Positions 25,182-33,531 of a stretch of DNA of 33,601 nt are shown here, one piece after another. The stretch is from a bacterium (lineage in GTDB: Bacteria > Patescibacteriota > Patescibacteriia > Patescibacteriales > Patescibacteriaceae), in contig JAKAFD010000001.1 in NCBI GenBank assembly GCA_021818075.1, forward strand, positions 1 to 33,601, in the 5' to 3' direction. Every line of letters starts with the position of its first letter. Position 1 is the stretch's first letter. The translations under genes were made by a program, and so were the position numbers. The notes beneath the pieces are model-generated. The model made no database searches. It saw only the letters and a program-made list of their open reading frames with translations, and was not told the DNA's origin.

Positions 25182-27625
25182 TATTGTAAGTAACCAAGAA
25201 AACGGCTTTTGGCCGAGGGGCGGCCCCAGCGGTCAAAATTAGAGTAAGTTAAATTTAAAGATTCGCGGGCGCGAGTTAGGGCGACATAAAATAGGCGCTT
25301 TTCTTCTTCCAAATTGTCGGTGTTGAAAAAGGGAAATTGGCCTTCATTTAAGCCAACCAGGAAAACATGGTCAAATTCCAGCCCTTTGACCTGATGGACG
25401 GTTAAAATAGGCACCTGACCGCCCTCCAGAGCCACGAAGTCAATGTTTTTGGCCAAAGCCGACAAGTTGACCAGGTCGCGCAAACTGTCCGCCGGGGGCT
25501 TGGCTAAATCGTCGCGCTGACCGAAAAATTTAACCAGCGATTCCAAGCCCGCCAAGCGTTTGGCCGCTTCCGGCTGCTTGGCATAATAATCTTGCAAACC
25601 GGATTCATTAATAATTTTTTCCAAAGCGTGCGCCGGCCGCTCTTTGGCAATTAAATATTGCCAGTTGGTTAATTGCGAGGCCAAACGAATAAATTTTTTG
25701 GAGTAGCGGGCAAATATTTTTTCTCGTTCGCTCTTGGTTAATTCCAGTTTAGCCGCGAGAATTGCCAAGAGATTAATGGTGGCGTCAACATCTTCGTCGG
25801 CGCTGTGCGTGGCGCCGGTTAAGTTAAACAGTTTGGCCAGAGAGCTTAATTTGTAGCTGCCGGTCGCCACCAAGCGTCGGGACAAATCCAAGGTATCGTA
25901 AAAATTTTTAAATTCTATTTCAATCTGCTGGCGCGCGCCGTTGGCTAAAATCATACCGATATCAAAACCGACATTGTGGCCGACGACCGCCGAGTCGCCG
26001 ATAAAATCTTTAAGCTCGGCCAAAGCCGCTTGCGGCGCCAAACCGTTGGCCTCTAAAAATTCGTCGGTCAGACGGTGCACAGCGGCCGAAGCGCCGACCG
26101 GTATGGTATTTTTTACATAGTGATGCAAATCCTTGCCCGGCTGGCCTTTAACCACTTCGCGAGCGTAAATTTGGATAATCTCGTCGCGGCCGATATTGGT
26201 GCCGGTCGTTTCCGTATCCAGCACCACTAAACGGCCGTTTTTATAATCATCAAGCAACTGGCCGAAGGGTTCATTGCGGCTGAAATTGGACAGATAAAAA
26301 AAGTCGCTGATTTTCAAAGCCGTAGCTTCGCCGCCGGCGCGAATGGCGGTCAGCGTCCCCTCGCCAAGTTCTTTGGGCGGCCGCAGGGCCACGCGATAGG
26401 CGCTGTCCAAATCAAAACGATTTAATAATAGCTTAAGGTGCGCCAGGGCGTCTTTGATTTCCTGACGGCGGAAAAAATTATAATGGTCCACGGTCAGGTG
26501 CGGCAGATTTTTGGCCGTAAAAATTTCCGAGGCCTGATTGATTAAAGAATGGGCGCGCGCCAGCACGGCGATGCTTGATTTAGGGTTAGTTTGTTTCAGC
26601 TCTTTAATCCGCTCCACTACCCAGTCAACTTCCTCGTTAAAATTATGAGCGTTAAAAATTTTTAAATTATCGGCTGAATCATCTATTGAAGCGCTTTCAA
26701 TGTTTTTGGTGCTGGCCTGCTTAAAACCGGCTAAAACTTTTTTAACCGCCGCCAACAGTTCGCGGCGGCTGCGATAATTTATGCTTAAAGACAATTCCGC
26801 CACCGGCGCAAAGTGCGTTTTGAATAATTTGGCGATAAAATGAGGCGCCGAACCGCGCCAGCCGTAAATCGTCTGGTCCAAGTCGCCGATCAGGGCGATG
26901 TTTTTGCTCGTCTTGGCCAGTTCTTTAATCACCAAGTATTCGGATAAATGCGTATCCTGAAATTCGTCCAGCTGGATAAATTTATAGCGCGCGGCCCATT
27001 TTTGTTTTAAAGCTTCGTTAAAATATAAAGCGTCCAAAGTCGCCAGCACCAGCTGATTAAAATCAACGGCGTTTTGTTCCAGCAGGGCTTTCTCATAGGC
27101 TTTGGCCACTGCCTCTTTCAAATCATCAACCGGCGGCTTATCCAGGATGCCGATTTTATGTTCAAATTGCTGAAAGCGAAAGTTGTATAAACTTTCCAGC
27201 AAGCCGCTGAATTCATTTTTGTGGCTGGCGTCGCTTAGATAAAGTTTGTCGGAAAATTGCGCGACAATTGATTTTAATATGGCCAGCTGTTCGTCTTCGT
27301 CCAAAATGGTAAAGTCGTTGGCCAAACCGACTTCCTTGGCCTCGCTTTTCAAAAAATAAGCGCACCAGCCGTGAAAGGTGCTGACGGTCAGCTCGTCAAA
27401 GGCTTCTTTATTGTTAACCGCCTGGCGGACGCGGCCGCGCATTTCCTCGGCGGCGCGATTGGTAAAAGTCAGGCATAAAATCTCGGCCGGCTTAATGCCC
27501 GAGGCCAAGGCCTTAATCACCCGCTCGGTTAAGACGGCGGTTTTGCCCGTGCCCACCGGCGCGTTAACCAAAAGCGCGCCGTCAAGCTTGTTGATTATGG
27601 TAAGTTGTTCAGAGTTAAAATCCAT
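25181..27625 (-). CDS. UvrD/Rep/PcrA-like SF1 helicase with internal DEDDh 3'-5' exonuclease domain
   Basis: APVGTGKT, TFTNRAAEEM, LDEFQDT, GDLDQTIYGWRG, TVHQVKGLEF, EEKRLFYVALTRA; insert has VLDTETTG, GHNVGFD, HSADED. Confidence 0.93.
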   Translation of the reverse strand: MDFNSEQLTIINKLDGALLVNAPVGTGKTAVLTERVIKALASGIKPAEILCLTFTNRAAEEMRGRVRQAVNNKEAFDELTVSTFHGWCAYFLKSEAKEVGLANDFTILDEDEQLAILKSIVAQFSDKLYLSDASHKNEFSGLLESLYNFRFQQFEHKIGILDKPPVDDLKEAVAKAYEKALLEQNAVDFNQLVLATLDALYFNEALKQKWAARYKFIQLDEFQDTHLSEYLVIKELAKTSKNIALIGDLDQTIYGWRGSAPHFIAKLFKTHFAPVAELSLSINYRSRRELLAAVKKVLAGFKQASTKNIESASIDDSADNLKIFNAHNFNEEVDWVVERIKELKQTNPKSSIAVLARAHSLINQASEIFTAKNLPHLTVDHYNFFRRQEIKDALAHLKLLLNRFDLDSAYRVALRPPKELGEGTLTAIRAGGEATALKISDFFYLSNFSRNEPFGQLLDDYKNGRLVVLDTETTGTNIGRDEIIQIYAREVVKGQPGKDLHHYVKNTIPVGASAAVHRLTDEFLEANGLAPQAALAELKDFIGDSAVVGHNVGFDIGMILANGARQQIEIEFKNFYDTLDLSRRLVATGSYKLSSLAKLFNLTGATHSADEDVDATINLLAILAAKLELTKSEREKIFARYSKKFIRLASQLTNWQYLIAKERPAHALEKIINESGLQDYYAKQPEAAKRLAGLESLVKFFGQRDDLAKPPADSLRDLVNLSALAKNIDFVALEGGQVPILTVHQVKGLEFDHVFLVGLNEGQFPFFNTDNLEEEKRLFYVALTRARESLNLTYSNFDRWGRPSAKSRFLGYLQ

Positions 27626-27658
27626 GATTTTATGTTAGGTTAAGGAAGCTAAATAGTC

Positions 27659-27691
27659 AAAAAAACAGGCCTGTTTATTTCGGGCCTGTAT
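27659..27691 (-). terminator. intrinsic terminator
   Basis: ACAGGCCTG...CGGGCCTGT stem with a T-run on the minus strand. Confidence 0.65.
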
Positions 27692-27706
27692 TAAAAAATA
27701 TGCAAA

Positions 27707-27880
27707 TTAAATCATCGGCAAACGCCTGTCCTCCTGCATTGCTTCTTCATCTGCCGGGGTGGGCTTTTTACCAAAAGGCTTATCTACTTCTTCCGGAAAG
27801 GGAAAGGTGCTATTAGGCTGGATGCCTAAATCATTACTGCTCGCGGCGGAGCTGCCTGTCTCTTGCGAATTATCGGACAT
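27707..27880 (-). CDS. small acidic/Pro-rich protein (57 aa, missed by the ORF track)
   Basis: MSDNSQETGSSAASSNDLGIQPNSTFPFPEEVDKPFGKKPTPADEEAMQEDRRLPMI; SD GAGG, TGTACATTTTAAT motif, TTGACA within the phhB 3' end. Confidence 0.6.
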   Translation of the reverse strand: MSDNSQETGSSAASSNDLGIQPNSTFPFPEEVDKPFGKKPTPADEEAMQEDRRLPMI

Positions 27881-27927
27881 TATTGCCTCGCATTAAAATG
27901 TACAAACACTTAATTAAATTCAAAATA

Positions 27928-28161
27928 TTATTTATTGCTTAAATTGTCAATAGCCTCTGCCAATTGTCGGTCCTTGTCGGTAATTTTACCCTCGGAGTGC
28001 GTGGACAGTTCAAATTTAACCGTATTATATTCATTGGTCCAAGTCGGATGATGGTCCAATTGCTTGGCCAGCGCCGCCACTTGCCCCATAAACGCCCAAG
28101 CCTCGTCAAAGTCGCGGAAGGTAAAAGTCTTGGTTAATTTGTTATTTATTTCCTGCCACAT
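27928..28161 (-). CDS. phhB: pterin-4-alpha-carbinolamine dehydratase
   Basis: FTFRDFDEAWAFM, DHHPTW, LSTHSEG, ITDKD motifs. Confidence 0.9.
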   Translation of the reverse strand: MWQEINNKLTKTFTFRDFDEAWAFMGQVAALAKQLDHHPTWTNEYNTVKFELSTHSEGKITDKDRQLAEAIDNLSNK

Positions 28162-28169
28162 AGTAATAT

Positions 28170-28245
28170 TGTCATTCTGGAGCGTAACGAAGTGAAGCGA
28201 TAGAATCTAGATGCTATCGGTCGCTATGCTCCCTCCAGCATGACA
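28170..28245. repeat. inverted doublet of GAGAT...ATGACA repeats
   Basis: TGTCATTCTGGAG...GATAGAATCT + AGATGCTATCG...CTCCAGCATGACA form one long hairpin. Confidence 0.85.
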
Positions 28246-28256
28246 TAGTGTAATTA

Positions 28257-28556
28257 TTAAAAAAAGTCATTAATTAAATCTCGCCACTTCGGATTTATTT
28301 TATTTATTAATTCTATCTTTTTTCTTCTTACTAAATTTTTAATTTGTTTCTCTCGAAAAATTGCCATACCAACATTACCGTAAACTTCATAGTAAACCAA
28401 TTTACAAATTTTATATTTAGCCGTAAAACTATTAGGCTTTAAACAATCTTTATGTTCGCTGTATCTTCTCGGTATTTTATTGGTAATGCCGGTATACAAA
28501 ACCGTGTTTGTTTTGTTGGTTTCAATGTAAACGTAATATTTTAATCCCCCTTGCAT
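28257..28556 (-). CDS. stand-alone GIY-YIG nuclease family protein
   Basis: YYVYI...VLYTGITN..RR..EH, FTAKY, LVYYE, AIFREKQIK, NPKWRDL. Confidence 0.92.
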   Translation of the reverse strand: MQGGLKYYVYIETNKTNTVLYTGITNKIPRRYSEHKDCLKPNSFTAKYKICKLVYYEVYGNVGMAIFREKQIKNLVRRKKIELINKINPKWRDLINDFF

Positions 28557-28598
28557 GAGTTAATTCTATTATGAATTTTGACAAATAGCAACGAACGA

Positions 28599-28655
28599 GA
28601 GATCCTATCCCCCGGATCGAGTCCGGGGCTAAAGACTGGTCGCTCCAGGATGACA
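28599..28655 (+). repeat. GAGAT...ATGACA repeat with nested CCCCGGATCGAGTCCGGGG hairpin
   Basis: GAGATCCTATC[CCCCGGATCGAGTCCGGGG]CTAAAGACTGGTCGCTCCAGGATGACA. Confidence 0.8.
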
Positions 28656-28782
28656 AAAAAAGAAAAAAGACCTGCAAGCAGATCTTTTTAAAATTAAGCG
28701 ACGGAAATTTTTAGGTATGCTTATACGTCGCAGCAAACGACACAGATAGACAAGAAGGAAAAGATTTCCGCCGCTCTTAGTT

Positions 28783-28989
28783 TTAATGTACCGCCACAGC
28801 CTCTTTGCCAATATTTTGTTTTTCCTCGTTAACAATTTCAACCGCATCCTCAAAGGATTGCGCCAAATAATTGTAACTAAAAGTTACGAATTTTTTCTTG
28901 GGTGCTAAAGGCGGTGGCTGCTTAACTCCCTTTATGGGGTTAAAGTCTTCTTCGGTTTCTCTTACCGGTGATTCGGAATCAGACATCAT
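28783..28989 (-). CDS. small acidic/Pro-rich hypothetical protein
   Basis: 68 aa with SD AGGAGG; N-terminus resembles 27707..27880. Confidence 0.6.
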   Translation of the reverse strand: MMSDSESPVRETEEDFNPIKGVKQPPPLAPKKKFVTFSYNYLAQSFEDAVEIVNEEKQNIGKEAVAVH

Positions 28990-29034
28990 CGCCTCCTGAT
29001 AAATTTATAAAATTAACTAATTATCAAAGGGAAA

Positions 29035-29072
29035 GAGATTCTATCGCTCCCTGCGGTCGCTCCAGAATGACA
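29035..29072 (+). repeat. GAGAT...ATGACA palindromic repeat
   Basis: GAGATTCTATCGCTCCCTGCGGTCGCTCCAGAATGACA. Confidence 0.85.
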
Positions 29073-29094
29073 ATGAGGCAGGCGCGCTTAATTT

Positions 29095-29640
29095 TTAGCG
29101 TTTGCTCCACTGCGGCGCACGGCGAGCTTTCTTCAGACCTGGTTTCTTGCGTTCTTTGACGCGCGGGTCGCGAGTCAGCCAGCCTTTGGCTTTCAGAGAC
29201 GGTCTTAAACCTAAATCAAATTTAATCAAAGCTCTGGCAATGCCCAAACGAGCGGCCTCGGCCTGACCATTTTTACCGCCGCCTTTGGCCAAAACGGTAA
29301 AATCCATATCTTTAATGCCGGTTTGCTTGATGGGCTGTTCCACCGCTTTTTTCTGGTAAGAAGTATCAAAATATTTTTCAAAAGGCTGCCCGTTGACGGT
29401 AATCACGCCGCTGCCCTTAAGAAACATACGCACCGAAGCGGTGGCGTTTTTTCTTTTGCCAATTTGCGCAATATAAGTAAGAGCCACCGGCGCTTTCTTT
29501 ACCGGCGCTTTAACTTCTTTAATCGGCTTGGCAACCTTAACCGCTTTAACGGCTTTAACCGGCGCCTTAACCGCTTTAACGGTTTTGGCAACGGGTTTTT
29601 TTACAGTCTTGGCTTTGGTAGCAGTCTTTTTCTCTGGCAT
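29095..29640 (-). CDS. rpsI: 30S ribosomal protein S9 with Lys/Ala/Val-rich N-terminal extension
   Basis: GKRKNATA, GGGKNGQAEA, LTRDPRVKERKKPGLKKARRAPQWSKR. Confidence 0.98.
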   Translation of the reverse strand: MPEKKTATKAKTVKKPVAKTVKAVKAPVKAVKAVKVAKPIKEVKAPVKKAPVALTYIAQIGKRKNATASVRMFLKGSGVITVNGQPFEKYFDTSYQKKAVEQPIKQTGIKDMDFTVLAKGGGKNGQAEAARLGIARALIKFDLGLRPSLKAKGWLTRDPRVKERKKPGLKKARRAPQWSKR

Positions 29641-29656
29641 AAACTTATTTACAAAC

Positions 29657-30016
29657 TTATTTGATAATTAAGCGTTTAAGCATATTAACGCGCAAACGGT
29701 TGGCTGGCAACATTTCTCGGACGGCGCGCTTTAAAACTTCGCCGGGATTAGCGGCATAAACTTGACCCATGGTTTTGGTTTTTAAACCGCCCGGATGACC
29801 GGAATAATGATGATAAACTTTTTGCTGGAGTTTTTTGCCGGTAAATTTCAGCTTATCAATATTGCTGACTTCCACAATGGCGCCGCTGTCAATATGCGGC
29901 TGCCATTCAGGCTGGTCTTTGCCGCGCAAGGCCAAAGCGATTTGCGTGGCTAAACGGCCGGTGGCCTGACCGGTGGCGTCAAATTTTTTAATTTTTCTTT
30001 CAATCTTCATTTTCAT
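29657..30016 (-). CDS. rplM: 50S ribosomal protein L13 (C-terminally short)
   Basis: DATGQATGRLATQIA, YHHYSGHPGGLK; start MKMKIERK after the rplQ stop. Confidence 0.96.
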   Translation of the reverse strand: MKMKIERKIKKFDATGQATGRLATQIALALRGKDQPEWQPHIDSGAIVEVSNIDKLKFTGKKLQQKVYHHYSGHPGGLKTKTMGQVYAANPGEVLKRAVREMLPANRLRVNMLKRLIIK

Positions 30017-30020
30017 AAAT

Positions 30021-30371
30021 TTACACCAATTCAATTTGCACAATATCCGCTCCGTCACCGACGCGGGCGCCTAATTTAACAATTCGGGTATAACCGCCTT
30101 GGCGATCTTTGTAGCGCGCGCCTAAAACTTCCATAGCTTTTTTGATAGCCAAAGGCTGAGGCAAGGCTTTAAGCAATTCGCGTCTGGCCGCCAGGTCACC
30201 GCTTTTGGCGGTCGTAATCATTTTCTCCACCAGCGGCTTAACCGCCTTAGCTTTAGCCGAGGTGGTTTTGACTTTTTCGTAAATAATAATACTGGCCGCC
30301 AGGTTTCTTAACATCATTTCCCGGGGAGCCTTGGCTCTGTCTAAGATTACATTTTTATTTCGGTGACGCAT
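30021..30371 (-). CDS. rplQ: 50S ribosomal protein L17
   Basis: MRHR, TTSAKAK, RQGGYTRIVK. Confidence 0.98.
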   Translation of the reverse strand: MRHRNKNVILDRAKAPREMMLRNLAASIIIYEKVKTTSAKAKAVKPLVEKMITTAKSGDLAARRELLKALPQPLAIKKAMEVLGARYKDRQGGYTRIVKLGARVGDGADIVQIELV

Positions 30372-30376
30372 AAAAT

Positions 30377-31189
30377 TTATTCTTCAGCTGTTTCGCTGGT
30401 CTTTTTACTCTTACTGTCTTTGGTTTTAACCTCTTTAACCGGGGCTTCCGTCTCTTGCTCCTCCACTTCAGCGGCCGCTTCTTCCACCACTTCTTTGTGG
30501 TTGCGTAAATCAACCAAAGAGTTGAACTGAGCCAATAAAATGGCGACTGACTTATCAAACACTTCTTCCGGGCTGATGGTGCCGTCAGTTTCAATATCCA
30601 AAGTTAGTTTATCCCAGTTGGTCATTTTACCGACGCGGGTGTTGGCCACATTAACGCCAACCGCTCTCACCGGCGAAAAGATGGAGTCAATTTCAATATA
30701 ACCGATTTCTTTCTTGCGATTTTCTCGATTTTCAATGGTTTCATAACCCATGCCGCGGCTGGCATAAATTTCCATATTCAGTTTGCCGGCCATATCGGTA
30801 ATATGGGCGATAGTCATATCTTTATTGACGATTTCCACATCGGCGTTGGCTTTGATGTCTTTGGCTTTGACTTCTTTCTCGCCGTGCGCTTCCAGTTCCA
30901 GCTTAACCACCTCATCGGTATGAATTTTTAAATTGAGCTGTTTTAAGTTTAAAATAATTTCCAACACATCTTCTTTGATGTTCGGCAAGGCCATAAATTC
31001 GTGGTCGGCACCTTCAATTTTCACGCCCACCACCGCTGTACCGGGAATAGACGATAAAAGCACCCTCCGTAAGGCGTTACCCAAAGTCGTGCCGTAGCCG
31101 GGAAACAACGGTTCAACCACAACCAATTTTTGATTCGGCAATTCGGCTGACTTAAATTCAATTTTTTTAGGCAAAGCAATATTGCTCAT
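30377..31189 (-). CDS. rpoA: RNA polymerase alpha subunit lacking the alpha-CTD
   Basis: EPLFPGYGTTLGNALRRVLLSSIPG, IDSIFSPV; ends in a low-complexity E/K tail. Confidence 0.97.
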   Translation of the reverse strand: MSNIALPKKIEFKSAELPNQKLVVVEPLFPGYGTTLGNALRRVLLSSIPGTAVVGVKIEGADHEFMALPNIKEDVLEIILNLKQLNLKIHTDEVVKLELEAHGEKEVKAKDIKANADVEIVNKDMTIAHITDMAGKLNMEIYASRGMGYETIENRENRKKEIGYIEIDSIFSPVRAVGVNVANTRVGKMTNWDKLTLDIETDGTISPEEVFDKSVAILLAQFNSLVDLRNHKEVVEEAAAEVEEQETEAPVKEVKTKDSKSKKTSETAEE

Positions 31190-31227
31190 ATTGATGATAG
31201 CCCCAACGGGCCTTAGTTAGCTAAGGT

Positions 31228-31857
31228 TTATTTGGAATAGAATTCCACCACGGCGGAAATATTAATTGATTTATCAACATCGTCGGCTGACGGCGCGTGC
31301 AGCACCTTGCCTTCCATATCCTCGGCCTTAAAATACAACCATCCTGGTACTTCCACTCGCTTCAGTTTGTCGGCCAAATTAGTGAAGGTTTTCTTTTGGC
31401 GTTTGTTTTTCTTAATAGCGATAACATCGCCGGCGCGCACCTGATAAGAAGGAATATCAACCAATTTGTTGTTGACGGTAAACATGCCGTGGCCGACCAT
31501 CTGGCGCGCTTCGGCGCGCGACACGGCCAAGCCCAGGCGATAAATAACATTATCCAGTCTGGTTTCCAACATTTGCAGCAAGTGCTCACCGGCATCGCCT
31601 TTGCGGCCGGCGCGTTCAAACATCAGCCGGAATTGTTTTTCCCGCATACCGTACATCCGTTTGGCTTTCTGTTTTTCCGCCAACTGCTGGCTATACTGGC
31701 TGGCTTTGCCGCGCTGTTTCTTGGTGCCGTGCATACCGGCCGGATAATTGCGGGAAACCAAAGTACACTTAGGCGAATTGCATTTCTCGCCCTTGAGCAT
31801 TAATTTTTTGCCGGCCTTGCGGCACCAGCGGCATTTGGCATCAGATAAAGTTGACAT
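31228..31857 (-). CDS. rpsD: 30S ribosomal protein S4
   Basis: CRWCRK...KC..PKC, LETRLDNVIYRLG, VEFYSK. Confidence 0.98.
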   Translation of the reverse strand: MSTLSDAKCRWCRKAGKKLMLKGEKCNSPKCTLVSRNYPAGMHGTKKQRGKASQYSQQLAEKQKAKRMYGMREKQFRLMFERAGRKGDAGEHLLQMLETRLDNVIYRLGLAVSRAEARQMVGHGMFTVNNKLVDIPSYQVRAGDVIAIKKNKRQKKTFTNLADKLKRVEVPGWLYFKAEDMEGKVLHAPSADDVDKSINISAVVEFYSK

Positions 31858-31861
31858 AAAT

Positions 31862-31970
31862 AAATGTAAAAACTAAAAGGTAAAAGGGTAAAACTTTGGT
31901 GTCGCTGCGCGACGAATTATTTTATTTTTTTTCATATTCTTTTTACATTTTACCTTTTACTTTTGAGTTT
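31862..31970. repeat. composite element: inverted heptamer tracts around a GC hairpin
   Basis: (G/C)TAAAAG-type repeats on the left, TTTTACN-type repeats on the right, central GTCGC-TGC-GCGAC. Confidence 0.65.
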
Positions 31971-31971
31971 A

Positions 31972-32517
31972 TTAAACCCGTCTCGGTTTCTTGCGGCGGC
32001 AGCCGTTATGAGGAATAGGGGTAATATCTTTAATAAAAGTGACATTTAAACCATTGGCGTTTAACGACCGGATAGCCGATTCGCGGCCGGTGCCCACGCC
32101 CTTAACAAACACGCTGACTTCGCCCAGACCGTACTCTTTGGCTTTCAAGACCGCCAATTTGGTAATAATGGTGGCGGCGTACGGCGTTGATTTCTTCGGG
32201 CCTTTGAAACCGGCCATGCCGGCCGAAGACCAGGACAAAACATTGCCGTCCAAATCGGTCAAAGTGACAATTGTGTTATTGTAAGTTGAATTGATAAAAG
32301 CTTTGCCGACCGATACCCGTTTATCAGCTTTCTTTTTCCGCTTGCCTTTCAGTTTCTTAACCGGTTTGGAGGCGGCTTTCTTTTCCAGCTTTTTTTTCAA
32401 TTCTTCCGGCAAATCATCAAGCGAATCATCCGCCGGTTTGGCGGCAGTCTCTGCCGACAGATTTAATTCTTCTTTAATGTCGGTGGCGATTTCCGGATTG
32501 TTGGTTTCATTTATCAT
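31972..32517 (-). CDS. rpsK: 30S ribosomal protein S11 with long N-terminal extension
   Basis: [33 protein letters not shown]. Confidence 0.98.
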   Translation of the reverse strand: MINETNNPEIATDIKEELNLSAETAAKPADDSLDDLPEELKKKLEKKAASKPVKKLKGKRKKKADKRVSVGKAFINSTYNNTIVTLTDLDGNVLSWSSAGMAGFKGPKKSTPYAATIITKLAVLKAKEYGLGEVSVFVKGVGTGRESAIRSLNANGLNVTFIKDITPIPHNGCRRKKPRRV

Positions 32518-32526
32518 AATAAAATT

Positions 32527-32919
32527 CTATGTTTTTTGAGCGGCCATTTTCTTGCCGGAAGTGGCGGTGCGCCGGACATTGCCCCGCACGGTGCGATTAT
32601 TGGTTTTGGTGCGCTGACCGCGAACCGGCAGACCTTTGGCGTGCCGCAAACCGCGGTAAGCGCCGATATCCTTCATCCGTTTAATGTTGGCGGAAACATC
32701 GCGGCGTAAATCGCCTTCCACGCGATGCTGTTTTTCAATCAGAGTGCGCAAAGCGTTAACTTCCGTTTCCGGCAAATCTTTAACGCGGGTATTGGGATTA
32801 ACTTTCGCTTCGGCCAAAATTTTCTTGGCGGTCGTTAAACCGATGCCAAAAATATAGGTTAAGGCAACCTCGACTCTTTTTTCATTGGGTATAACAACAC
32901 CGGCGATTCTTACTGCCAT
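32527..32919 (-). CDS. rpsM: 30S ribosomal protein S13
   Basis: [23 protein letters not shown]. Confidence 0.98.
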   Translation of the reverse strand: MAVRIAGVVIPNEKRVEVALTYIFGIGLTTAKKILAEAKVNPNTRVKDLPETEVNALRTLIEKQHRVEGDLRRDVSANIKRMKDIGAYRGLRHAKGLPVRGQRTKTNNRTVRGNVRRTATSGKKMAAQKT

Positions 32920-32923
32920 AAAT

Positions 32924-33037
32924 TTAACCTTGTCTTTGTTTATGCTTCGGTTCTTTGCAAATAACCCAAACCCGGCCTTTGCGGCGCAGGACCTTGCAAT
33001 CTTTGCAAATTTTCTTAACTGAAGCTCTGACTTTCAT
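32924..33037 (-). CDS. rpmJ: 50S ribosomal protein L36 (below ORF-track cutoff)
   Basis: [37 protein letters not shown]. Confidence 0.97.
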   Translation of the reverse strand: MKVRASVKKICKDCKVLRRKGRVWVICKEPKHKQRQG

Positions 33038-33093
33038 AATATTTTTAAAAATAAAAAACTTTAGGCTGGATATTTCAGACTGTGCTTTAACGC

Positions 33094-33336
33094 TTAGAGT
33101 CTGTAAGTTATCCGACCTTTGCTTAAATCGTAGGGGCTCATTTCAATCTTGACCTTATCACCGGGAGCCAGCCTGATTTTGTTCATTCGCATTCGGCCCG
33201 ACAAATAAGCCAGGATTTCGTGCTCATTTTCCAGACGGACTTTAAAAGAGGTTCCGGGCATGAGTTCAACGACTTCACCCGTGACCTCTATGAAATCCTT
33301 GGAGTTAGATTGTTGATTTGGTTCGCTTACTGCCAT
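33094..33336 (-). CDS. infA: translation initiation factor IF-1
   Basis: [33 protein letters not shown]. Confidence 0.98.
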   Translation of the reverse strand: MAVSEPNQQSNSKDFIEVTGEVVELMPGTSFKVRLENEHEILAYLSGRMRMNKIRLAPGDKVKIEMSPYDLSKGRITYRL

Positions 33337-33406
33337 TAAAGGCTAAATTATCTTGTGTTTAACAAAAAATAATAAATTAAAACCAAGTTTAATTTATCAC
33401 TGCTTA

Positions 33407-33435
33407 ATTATATAGTTAATCTATAATAATGTCAA
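33407..33435 (-). promoter_or_regulatory. perfect consensus sigma70 promoter for the infA-rpsI operon
   Basis: TTGACA-17 nt-TATAAT on the minus strand. Confidence 0.85.
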
Positions 33436-33495
33436 GCTATTTGGGCTAATCTTAGCTATTATTATTTTTAGTTTAAAATTAGCTAAAAAATAAAC

Positions 33496-33531
33496 AAAAA
33501 GAACCCTTTTAATTGTTATTATGGGTTCTTT
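33496..33531 (-). terminator. terminator upstream of the infA promoter
   Basis: AAAGAACCC...GGGTTCTTT stem with a T-run on the minus strand. Confidence 0.55.

Noticed and set aside
28629..29159. ORFs 28629..28853 (-) and 28968..29159 (+)
   Set aside because: They overlap better-supported ORFs and read through repeats
29323..33152. Alternative-frame and antisense ORFs in the ribosomal protein operon
   Set aside because: They overlap conserved ribosomal genes; 32955..33152 is antisense to the real rpmJ and infA
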